A stretch of 64,000 bases of DNA, taken from contig OZ024745.1 of NCBI GenBank assembly GCA_964016885.1, forward strand, positions 51,646,001-51,710,000, written 5' to 3'. Positions 52,420 through 64,000 of the stretch are shown in pieces. Numbering within the stretch: the stretch's first letter is position 1; each line of letters starts with the position of its first letter. A program made the translations under genes and the position numbers. A model generated the notes under the pieces. The model had not been told where the DNA came from, made no database searches, and saw only the letters and a program-made list of their open reading frames with translations. The DNA is from Eledone cirrhosa (Eukaryota).

Positions 52420-54699
52420 CAGGAAAGAAGAGTGTATCATAGTAAAAGCAGATAAAAACATCAAACGTATAATCTATGGACCTTAACACATACAATAATT
52501 TTATTCAGCGTGAACTGCATAAAAAATACAAAAAAAACAAATGTATCCACACTCACCAGCATTAACGTGGAGGGCCTTAGGATAGTAAATGAACTCGGAA
52601 TACCTGATAGTACCGATCCTCTAACCCCATGCCACCCCACATTTAACCTGAAGGATCACAAAAATAATTTTGAGACAAACCCTACTATTAGATTAATATG
52701 CCCATCTAAGTCAGATATAGTAAAATTAGCAAGAACATTCTAGATAGGGTAATCGCACACATAAAGGGTAAACTAGAATCAATTTATGGGGTAACACTAA
52801 CGAGGCGATTGAATGGTTCAATAAAATACGAAATAGGGAGACATGTAACTTCATACAATTTGATATAAACGACTACTATGCATCCATATCCCCAGCCACC
52901 CTAGATAAAGCGCTTATATTTGCCCAAAATAACTCCGATCTTACCCTTGAGGAAATTGAAATAATAATAGCAGCTAGAAGGACTAGAATAAAATTTGAAA
53001 ATAGCTACTGGGTAAGAAGAGATAGGATAAACAGCTTCGATATCACAATGGGATCAAATGACTCTGCGCAAATCACTGACATCATGGGTCTATTTATAGC
53101 ACACAACCTACATAAGGAATTCAGTAACCTCCAAGGAGGGATTTATAGAGACGACGTGCTCCTTATAGCTAGGAACTTAAACAACCAGAGCATGGAAAGA
53201 TTAAGAAAAAACATTAGAACATGCTTCAAAAAACTAGGCCTAAGTATCACCTACGAACTGAACCATAAGAAGGTAAACTTTCTAGATGTGACTCTAAATC
53301 TAAATACGGGATTAATAGAACCTTTCCACAAAAATAATGAACATCTGGCCTACATTAGTTATAACTCAAACCACCCCAAATCCATAATCAGATCCATAGC
53401 ACGTAGTATATCCCTTAGAATATCCCGCTTATCCTCAAACCTAGACATTTCTAATGAACATGCTAACTATTATAACGCAGCATTACATAGGGCTGGACAT
53501 AAAGATAAACTGCAGTATATAGCGAATAAAGAAAACTTAAACAAACCTAATAGCAATTACACCAACCGCTCACACAAACATAGAGGTAACAGGACTAGAC
53601 ATAGCATTAGGCACGTATCACCTACAGTAAGCGGTCCAAACACCAATAATGTAAGCCCTAGAAACAATAGAAGAATCAGAGAAAGAAAATACCTATGGTT
53701 CAACCCAATCTTCAACTCCTCTGTAAAAACCAGACTGCCTTCTACATTCTTTAAACTAATAGATAAACACTTCCCTATTTCACACAGATATCATAAAATA
53801 CTCAATAGAAACACTACAAAACTCTCATACTCTACGGCAGCAAATATAGAATCGCACATACGCAAGATCAACGACAGAAATATCTCGAGGGAATCCGCCC
53901 CACCTATGCGCAACATAGCACCAAATTATAAGCATAAACACATCACAGTATCACAACCGCAAGCGCATACAAACACGCAGCAGCAAAATCCAACGGGCAT
54001 GAATCACAACCCACTTATAGCAGTGTACAAAACAGCAGTGTAGAAGCTGCACGAAATAACACCTCAAACTGTAACTGTCACCTACCGGATAGGTGCCCAT
54101 TGGCGTATAGATGCCTCGATTCGAGCCTAGTTTACATGTGTACGGTCAACTCAAACAACTCCACTTGGCATTACATTGGCTCCACCTTTTAAAAAAAGAT
54201 GGTATGTACACAGGAACTCGATGAAAATCGTGCACTTATGGGTTCTACAACCCTCACCAAAAAAATCTGGGAACTTAAGGACAACAACACCAACTACAGT
54301 ATCAACTGGTCGAGGTTGTCGGCCGCAAAGACCTACAGTACCGGTGTGTCCCATTGTAGGCTATGTGATCTAGAATTACTGTATATCATTAGAAATGTAA
54401 AATGGCTACTTAACAACAAGTTAGAAAGATCAATCTTCTGCAGACACAGGATCGCAACTAAATGCACAAGATTTAAACCTTCCGTGAATCGAACCGACGT
54501 AACTTAGCTTTCAACTTCGGATACCCACTACACCGCACAAACCACCATAAAAATATAATCATTAAGTACATTCTAGCCTTCTTAGTTCTATACCATACTA
54601 ATGTCTGTAAGTACCTCATCAACCCATAAACATCTCTCTTCTCAGCTGCTGTCAGCACATTAACCTAAATCCAAGAACATTTCAATGTGTAACAATATG

Positions 54700-54700
<1 letters not shown>
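52420..54700 (+). pseudogene. Penelope-like retroelement (Hydra-clade-like), RT plus C-terminal GIY-YIG, frameshifted
   Basis: LKDHKNNFETNPTIRLICPSKSDI; FIQFDINDYYASI; FDITMGSNDSAQ; GIYRDD; VNFLDVTLNL; SNHPKSI; WFNP; CNCHLPDRC (CxCx5C); LVYMC..HYIGST; STTL..IWELKD; CRLCDLE; LLNNKLE..CRH. At least 4 frame breaks; (TA)n on both sides. Confidence 0.92.
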
Positions 54701-54738
<38 letters not shown>

Positions 54739-54779
54739 TTACCTCATGCATATTAATGGCTGAGCATTTAAATAAATAA

Positions 54780-54838
<59 letters not shown>

Positions 54839-54842
54839 AATA

Positions 54843-55026
54843 TATGTTTACAAACAAACCGAAGATTATAATAAATGTTCGGTAAACCCATACATACATA
54901 TATATATATGTGTGCATGTATGTATGAATATACATACTACTGTACGTCTGTATACATATATGTATGTACGTATACATAAGTATCAGCCGTACTAAGTGTG
55001 AGAAATGAAATTTCATTTTTTCCATT
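54843..55026 (+). mobile_element. 3' fragment of the array-unit subfamily
   Basis: Direct repeat of 51825-51982 / 52218-52350, ending gaaatttcatttttccat. Confidence 0.85.
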
Positions 55027-55211
55027 TACATATATATATATATATATATATACATATATATATACATATATATACCCATATATATATATATGTAAATATA
55101 TTTATACACACATATATATATATATATATATATAGCCATATATATAAATGTATATATATATATATATTATGAAAATAAAACAAAGAAGCCTTCAATACAT
55201 CAAAAGTCTTT

Positions 55212-55256
55212 ATTAGCCAACAATGTTTCGTCCTATTAAGGACTCATCAGGGCAAT
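55212..55256 (-). ncRNA. Minimal hammerhead (left arm of element C)
   Basis: Reverse complement of 56171-56215. Confidence 0.8.
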
Positions 55257-56170
55257 CAAAACCACAAGAAGTACTATCGGCCAATACAAGCCGAAAACTC
55301 CGAAGAATATGGAGTGTACATACACTAAAGTATTGCAAGATTATGGGTAAAAATATATAATAAAAATCACTAAGGAGGTGTATAACATTATGAACCATAT
55401 TACAAATATAGTCCAAAGCAAAAAGAAAACCTAGAGCTAAACAAAGGTGGTTATATAGAGCGGGAATTATATATAATACTATATAATATAATATAATATA
55501 CTTGTAAAAATATTAAAATTAAAATTAAAAGTTAAAATTAAAAGGCACAATATACATATGTATATATGTACGCACACGTACGCACATATACATATACATC
55601 AATACACATATCCATCATTAACAGCACAAATTAAACCTTATTAAGAGTTTAAATATAAATAAGCATAATAGGAATACAAATAATAATAGTATGTATATCT
55701 AATATACATGAAGTAATGAAATGATTCAAAGTAACACATATAATATATAATAAACTATATAATTATATAATATATAATATAATAAAATAGATAATCTCCG
55801 GTTAATTTACACAAACAATATAGATGTCACAATAATACTATAATAATAATATAATAATATATATAATATATAATGGCATGTACGTTAACAAATCAATTCA
55901 TATAGAGTTACAGAGTAGGTGAGAAAAAAATATAAATTGTACAATACCCAAAATTATGATGGTACAAAAATATAAACATCTTACATGATTTATAAAATTT
56001 AACATATCATAATGGTACATAAACTCATAATGTTCATAATGTTATACACCTCCTTAGTGATTTTTATTATATATTTTTACCCATAATCTTGCAATACTTT
56101 AGTGTATGTACACGCCATATTCTTCGGAGTTTTCGGCTTGTATTGGCCGATAGTACTTCTTGTGGTTTTG

Positions 56171-56215
56171 ATTGCCCTGATGAGTCCTTAATAGGACGAA
56201 ACATTGTTGGCTAAT
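56171..56215 (+). ncRNA. Minimal hammerhead (right arm of element C)
   Basis: attgcc-CTGATGA-gtcct(taat)aggac-GAAA-c(att)g-TT|ggc(t)aat. Canonical core with G10.1-C11.1. Confidence 0.8.
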
Positions 56216-56358
56216 AAAGACTTTTGATGTATTGAAGGCTTCTTTGTTTTATTTTCATAATTCTTCGGCTCTGTTTAATTACATTGAGCTATTCCCTTTA
56301 CTGTCATTTCTATAATACGAAGAGGGTGTTTAACTCTAACACGCTCCAGTATTTTAAT

Positions 56359-56418
<60 letters not shown>

Positions 56419-56572
56419 GGTACGTTATTCCGGGTTGAATCGGAGGTAACCACAGTAAGTAAGGTACTCAATACATTGCAGAGTATAAAAGTTTTTTATT
56501 CCTGATGATTTCTAAATGTCTAAAGAATGAAACAGTTCTAGTCCTGTAGAATCTCATCTATATTATAACTTA

Positions 56573-56607
<35 letters not shown>

Positions 56608-56647
56608 GTGCGTGTGTGTGTGCCTGTGTGTGTGTGTGTGTGTCTGT

Positions 56648-56693
<46 letters not shown>

Positions 56694-57169
56694 GTGTACG
56701 TATATATTCATAAATATTTCGATAATCATATATATAGAGATGTGTGCGAATATGTCTGTCTTTATGCATGTGTGTATATTTCTATCTGTATGGAGGCGTG
56801 TCTCTGAATCTATGAGATTGTATGTTTCACACTGTGTGTTAGTATATACCAGGGTGAACTTGCTGCAAATAAGTTATGTTTGCAATTAAGACAACAGAAT
56901 CAAATAAATACGAACCATAGTGATATATTTTATATGTCCCATACTTCAAATACTTAGAACATTATTGAGCTTTGTTGGTTGTGCGTATATTCTATGCGAT
57001 ACATCTATTTCTATGCTCGAATTACAGACTAATATTACCAAAATAGGAAGAAAAAAAAACAGCCTTTAAATACGGTAAGCTTTTCACTTGTTTCAACTAA
57101 CTAAACTTATTTTAATTCATCTAAATCATAATTTCCGTGTCTTTACTGACAAGCCTTAGCCATATCTCG

Positions 57170-57331
57170 CCGGGACGCCATGATTTCCATGATAGTTAGG
57201 TCCCTTTGCTGTCTGAGTTCAAATCCCGCCGAGGTTAACTTTGCCTTTCATCCTTACGGGGTCGATAAAATAAAGTACCAGTAATGTAGTGGTTAATTGA
57301 TGGCCTTGTGCCAAAAGTAGAAACAATTATT
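57170..57331 (+). mobile_element. SINE
   Basis: B box and central domain as in the other copies. Confidence 0.88.
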
Positions 57332-57890
57332 GGGCTAAATTCTGTACTGTAATTCTTATGAGATAATTTATCAACGAAATACACCTGCGTCTACAACGCT
57401 CATTAAAAAGCACCTAAAGCGACATATGATAATATGACATTCTACACAAATCTGAGAAAGATATTATTTTCTCTAAACATAAATTAGTATCTTAGTCGAT
57501 TCACCTTCATAATCTGTCGTTTATCGTACCTTTATCAAAAAAGAGTTATAGTAAATTATTACTTCTACGTCCATCGCATATCGAAATATTTTATTGCCCA
57601 TTTATCTATTAACTAGCATATATGTATTTATAAAGTTACTTTTTTAATTCGTGCTAAACTAGCTAAACTATTGCGAACAATCCATGATAAGAGTTGGAAT
57701 TCTTGAATCAGCTAAACGTGGATCAATCACAAATTTTATGTCTAATGATTGACTATACATCACACATTTAAATACGAAATTTTGACTCTTTAACATTTCG
57801 AAAATGATTGTTGTGGTGAAGAGGTGATATTTTATATTAGCATAACAATATCACTATAATTTGTTCCGCTCGTGAGTGCTTTGGTTTGAA

Positions 57891-57985
57891 AAATAATTGT
57901 TTCTACTTTTGGCACAAGGCCAGCAATTATCCCAGTGCATTACTCGTACTTTATTTTATCGACCCCATAAGGATGAAAGGCAAAC
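57891..57985 (-). mobile_element. 5'-truncated SINE with 19-bp TSD
   Basis: ctttggtttgaaaaataat at 57879-57897 and 57985-58003. Confidence 0.88.
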
Positions 57986-59747
57986 TTTGGTTTGAAAAAT
58001 AATGCTATTCATATACATTAATTGTACTATAACATACTTAGTACGTTATTCTATAACGTCTTGTATCGTACAACTTTAATAAGGGTAGCTGTCTAGCTCT
58101 TTCGTCATATTATCGCTAATCCTGTCATAAATGTGGATTTTATGGCAATATTAATAGAAACATACGGGCACCAATTCTGATATTATTTTGAGTCACCATT
58201 TCAACCCATATTTAAACAAGCTCGGGATATCTATGATTATATGTGGTAATATATTGGGCCTTCTATTTTTCCAGTGACATTTGGCGAAGAAGAATATTTA
58301 TCACTAAATAAGATTCAATATTGACAGCATTATTAATTATATCTATTTTTACATACTTTCAGTATTAAACATTTAATCACGGAAACAAGTTCTTAGAAAA
58401 ATAATAATATATGGGAAGCTTTGTATAACCTTGTGCTAGCAGCGTGAAAACTAAGTCCATGTAATCCATAAAAGTGGCATTTATTATCTTAATCTGGTAA
58501 CTTGGATGCATAGAGCCACTCAGTAACATATCACGTTATGTTGTGAAGTATTGTATTTTCCTCACTTATGAACACATTTCCTTGCGATTAAGAAACGATA
58601 CACTGGTGATTTATTTCCTCTGTGTGTCATATTTGTATTCACATTCATGTGAAAATCTAAAATGATATATACTTACACATACAGGTACATTGCGTGTAGT
58701 AATATACAGCGATTTACGAGTCTAGAAGGACACTTTACGATACTGAAGATAAACATTTATGATATAAATTTTGCGATAATATGTTACAACGTTCACCTAT
58801 CTATCACCTGCGCATTGAGCTTTATTGCTATATCTAGAATATTTCCAAACTATCGCTCGTTCAATAATGTCTAACTCCTATATATCTGTTTCACGTTCGA
58901 CATAGCTTTAGAGTTTTATTAAATATATACTGTATTTATACATTGTTACATATGTAAATAAGTATACGCACGGAAATAGTTTTCGGTTTTAAAAAATGCA
59001 TAAAAATACATATATTTTTAGAGATTGGGATTTTAGGTCCAGTACTTTTTTATATATATTTGACTGGCTAAAATATCAGACAAAATATTGTATTTCAAAA
59101 ACTATTTCAAAAATCATCAGAGTGTTACACAAATTAATCCAGACATTTATGTCAAGGGATCAAATCACACCATGACCGACCAGCTTGTTACTTCAAACTC
59201 TCAGCGTTAAAGAGACGGATGCCAGTAAAGTAAATATGTCGATATAGTCGAGAATACATTTTCCAGATTATGTTCAAGTACATCCGGCAAACACCAATAA
59301 GAAAATCTGGTCTGTTTGCACATCAAAAGGAGAAGTGGTATCTGCATTTCGTTATGGTGTTTCCCGTGATTATCCATTTAGTTTCAAATCTCCCGTGCTA
59401 GATGTTGTGTAACCTACGGCATATTGTAAATGTTCATTATCATGCAGAGCATAATATGAATATTTAACTTAACTTGAAACTTAAACTCCATTGAACGTCA
59501 CATTTATTTGAATTCATAATATAGATGATTTGGCGTGATCTTAATACCAGGATTCTTATGGAAACTTATCATTAAGGAAATGATTTCTTTAGTATTGTTT
59601 CATAACATATAAACATATAAGTAATTGAATGTTGTCCACAAGTCGACAAATTTCGTCAAAATATCAATCAGTAACGCCTTCAGATTGATCATGATCATGG
59701 CATTTATTTCCAATGAGTAGAAGTAATTTCCTCCCATCGTAAACACA

Positions 59748-59836
<89 letters not shown>

Positions 59837-59879
59837 ACACACATACACACACACACACTCACACAAACAACAACCACAC

Positions 59880-60145
59880 ACCCATTCTGCGTAGCTGACT
59901 TGTGGAGTTATGTCGAATAGCTGGTGTCTCGTGTAGGATGGATCCAGCTGTCGAACGAGTCTATAGTTCGTCTTGAAAATATACCTACATCTCTATGCCA
60001 GGCTCTTAGCAGATGGTCTGCCACAACACTTTCTTTGCTGACGTGAATTTGAATTTCCATATAACGACCGAAGTTCTCCTGTTTTAACTTTGCATGTCTT
60101 TACTTTGTCTGCTATGGCTTCTCACACATGCTTGTTCGTTGACGA
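59880..60145 (-). pseudogene. Possible RTE RT C-terminal remnant ending in a microsatellite
   Basis: TNKHV*E..VK..KL...GN....QRKCCGRP..AWH pattern resembles the RTE R.RGRP.R.W tail. Confidence 0.35.
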
Positions 60146-61019
60146 AATGTTATATTGCTAGATACAATTTTACAGATAATTGACACTAATAGATCCTGTC
60201 TGTTTATTGGTCTAACCCCCAAATTTTATCTCAGTTAGTCTCGAATGCGTCGGTATATCAAAATGCATGACTTAGGTAGAAAAGTATACTCATATGGTTT
60301 CATGATCTTACAACTTATATGAAATATTTGCCTGCTAAAATGATACCCGTCTCCACACATTCTCAGAAAAATGTCACTGTAGCCAACTTATCCGGTTTAA
60401 ATTCTAAACAGTGCTGTTAACAATGGATCTTATAACACGTTTAAACAAATTTGGCTTTAGACACATATACTGTATTTTTTATCACGTATGATATTGACTA
60501 ACATTCGCTCTGGTTTAAATATTTCAAAGAGTAAATCTAATCTAGTATGCTACCCTTTAAACAGGGCTCAATTGCCAGTACACACCTTACATGAAACAAC
60601 CATTGAAATTGGTGCCACATTAACGTAGCTACAAGTCATCTGGTGCAAGAATTACACACACGATCATACGATCATGATTGCAACATTCTAATCATTATGC
60701 GGTTTGCTGTCATATACATACAAAAGTTTTGTAAAGATCAGAGAAATTTTAACGAGGTAGGCAAACATACTATTTAATTCTTTACATTTTTATTCAGACA
60801 GTTCAGCCAACCGCTTTCAACAAAGAAGTATATTTGTGTTAGGTCCATCTAGTTAAATATTAGTTACTTATGAATACTGACCAGTTGGCCATTATGTTTA
60901 CAAATGGATTTTCAAACAGGTCACGAATCAACATTCGAGTATGTAGACTAATACTTACTGTTTTTTAAATATTTCATAAATTTAATGTGGTTGAATAAGC
61001 AAATATATACACACATACA

Positions 61020-61520
<501 letters not shown>

Positions 61521-61556
61521 TATATATATGTGTGTGTGTATGTATATATATATATA

Positions 61557-62604
61557 TAATAATAATAAGGGTTGACGGACCCAGCATATTTACCAATGCC
61601 AGTACCGGTTGTATCTCAGCGCACTCAATGGGCAATGTAATATAGATTACCAGAGTATACACATAGTTATTTGCCTCAACACAACACACGTAAAACGGCT
61701 GCCTATAAGGTTCCCGTACTCAAGTTTCTGCAGCAGTAAGGTGCACTGCACCATCTCTCTGCATATATTATGCAGCAATGCACAATCGGCTTATGCGGCT
61801 TCATCAGCGGGTATCGCCTAAACAATAACCAATCGATCGACATAATCCAAACACCGGCCCATGCCGGTCATGACTGTTTGTGACAACCGACACGGTAAAG
61901 CGATTAGCAACTGGCAACCGATAGGACTCTATCTTTCAACTAGCCAATGATTTACAAATTTTACGTGGGGACGGGAAGTTAAAAATAATCAATCTATTAG
62001 TTCCTGTCAGAAGCCCTCGGCCTATGTTTCTCACACACAAATTATCAACGGATGAAAAAAGGGCTATTAGAAATAGCAGTTCACATTGATATAAAATAGA
62101 ATGGTATCATTTGGTTCATGTCGCCAAGCCCCATGACTAGAGGAAAGCGATGGTAACAATGGTAGTGCCAAGAACCTTTAACGGACATTAAATGCGATCA
62201 TCCATTATATAACAATATAGTAGCGAGCTGAAATGTGTCAGCCACGTGCGTAGATGACCAGTCTAATTCACAACTTAAAAGAGTGAGAGACAAAATTAGT
62301 AGCAGGACAAAGAGTGCATATCAAAACAGAAACAAGAATAAAAAGTGAAAAATTGTTTAACTTACTCTCAATATTCCGCTCGTTGGGATATAATAATAAT
62401 AAGGGTTGAGGGACCCAGCATATTTATCAATGCCAGTACCGGTTGTATCTCAGCGCACTCAATGGGCAATGTAAGATACATTATCAGAGTATACACATAG
62501 TTATTTGCCTCCACACAACACACGTAAAACGGGTGCCGATAATGTTCCCGGAATCGAGTTTCTGCAGCACTAATGCAGCAGTAAGGTGCACTGCACCATC
62601 TGTC

Positions 62605-62610
<6 letters not shown>
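61557..62610 (-). mobile_element. 834-bp non-coding HHR unit, about 1.25 tandem copies
   Basis: aagggttga..gacccagcatattta.. at 61567 and 62401 (period 834); flanked by (TA)n. Confidence 0.8.
61713..61811 (-). ncRNA. Hammerhead with long, decayed stem II
   Basis: cccg-CTGATGA-[72 nt]-GAAA-c(ttga)g-TA|cggg; the partial second copy at 62547 has GAAA-ctcga. Confidence 0.6.
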
Positions 62611-62643
<33 letters not shown>

Positions 62644-62770
62644 TAATATATATTTGGAAAACGTATAAAATAACATGTAAGTTAAGCCAAGCCGATGACA
62701 ACACACAACTAATATGCTTTCATTACATCTTAATTGACAAATACAAAAATGTATCAATGCGTAGCATTTA

Positions 62771-63022
<252 letters not shown>

Positions 63023-63843
63023 TATAGATATATAGATATATATATAAATTATTTTCACTATACTTAATCTGTTAATAATAGGGAAAATATCTAATATTTA
63101 TATAACAAACAAATAATTTACACATATTTGATATATTTTTAGGTCCCTTGGATATTAGAAATCATTATATATTGTCATATATATTATCGACAATATTTAG
63201 CAGAGAGAAAACATTTCTATTAAAATTTACAGAATTGGATACAAGGAAAACATAACAGTTTTGCCTTCTTGACATTTACCAATAACTTGCATCGAATGTA
63301 ATGTCACCTTAATCGACGGTGCACATATTTATATAATAATCAAAATAAGAATGTTCGAAATGATGCTATCAATATTAATTATCACTATTAAAAATACATT
63401 TATCTTGTGCGCGTGTAGAATCCATCATAATGTGTCGGGAAATGTTCGTTTCAATTCTGTAACATGCCGAATAAGATATTTCAACCGTTTTTCTTTAATA
63501 TATTGAACAAAGCTCTGATATAACTGTCAAATTCATCATCCAATTTCACATCCCAAACAAGATGATCACGAGAATTTCAGTAACAATATTTTATATAACC
63601 TTCAAACGAATGAGAATAATGGTTTTCATATACATTGGATTTGAGTCAGCAGCTTCGGTTATATTTAGCGTGCCTTCAGAGATGGATAAATAATTGTTCC
63701 GCATGGTGAAGGATTTAAATTCGTATAGATACAACAAAACTACTGCTGGTCGGCTTATTAATTGTGATCATTCACAAGTTTAATAAGTATACATACACGT
63801 GCACACACACACACACACACACACGCACGCACGCACACACACG

Positions 63844-63902
<59 letters not shown>

Positions 63903-63911
63903 ACACACACA

Positions 63912-64000
<89 letters not shown>

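Larger units (their letters stand above)
55166..56363. mobile_element. Fold-back HHR element C with ~630-bp AT-rich spacer
   Basis: Arms 55166-55395 and 56031-56261 are nearly identical inverted copies; ~100-nt tail on the right only. Confidence 0.9.

Noticed and set aside
56495-56545. CTGATGA-t-ttct..agaa-t-GAAA-cagttc as a complete HHR
   Set aside because: The stem I partner is missing in this copy; counted only as a partial motif.
59090-59125. Minus-strand CTGATGA near GAAA
   Set aside because: No pairable stems; likely a chance match in AT-rich DNA.

Overview
AT-rich, microsatellite-dense animal DNA, most consistent with an octopod/cephalopod genome because it carries a tRNA-derived SINE with a Nin/Deu-type central domain. 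I found no supportable host exon; almost all ORF-track hits are (TA)n/(CA)n artefacts. The window is mostly old mobile DNA: RTE and CR1 LINE fragments, a Gypsy pol fragment, MITEs, a DINE-1/HINE-like element, about 10 SINE copies, and three Penelope-like (PLE) RT or GIY-YIG remnants. The main hidden signal is a dense set of minimal type-I hammerhead ribozyme (HHR) motifs: about 20 intact, variant or decayed copies from about 10 sequence families, nearly all inside (TA)n tracts. They occur in two architectures. (1) Non-coding head-to-tail units: five identical HHRs in a ~510-bp array at 48308-51470, plus 324-bp and 834-bp units; these look like retrozyme-type elements copied from multimeric or circular RNA. 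(2) Fold-backs whose HHR-sense arms point outward and carry a one-sided tail. Several families have non-canonical cores (U.U at 10.1/11.1, CAGUUGA, UGGAAAA). All folds were made by eye; ribozyme activity and expression are inferred, not shown.
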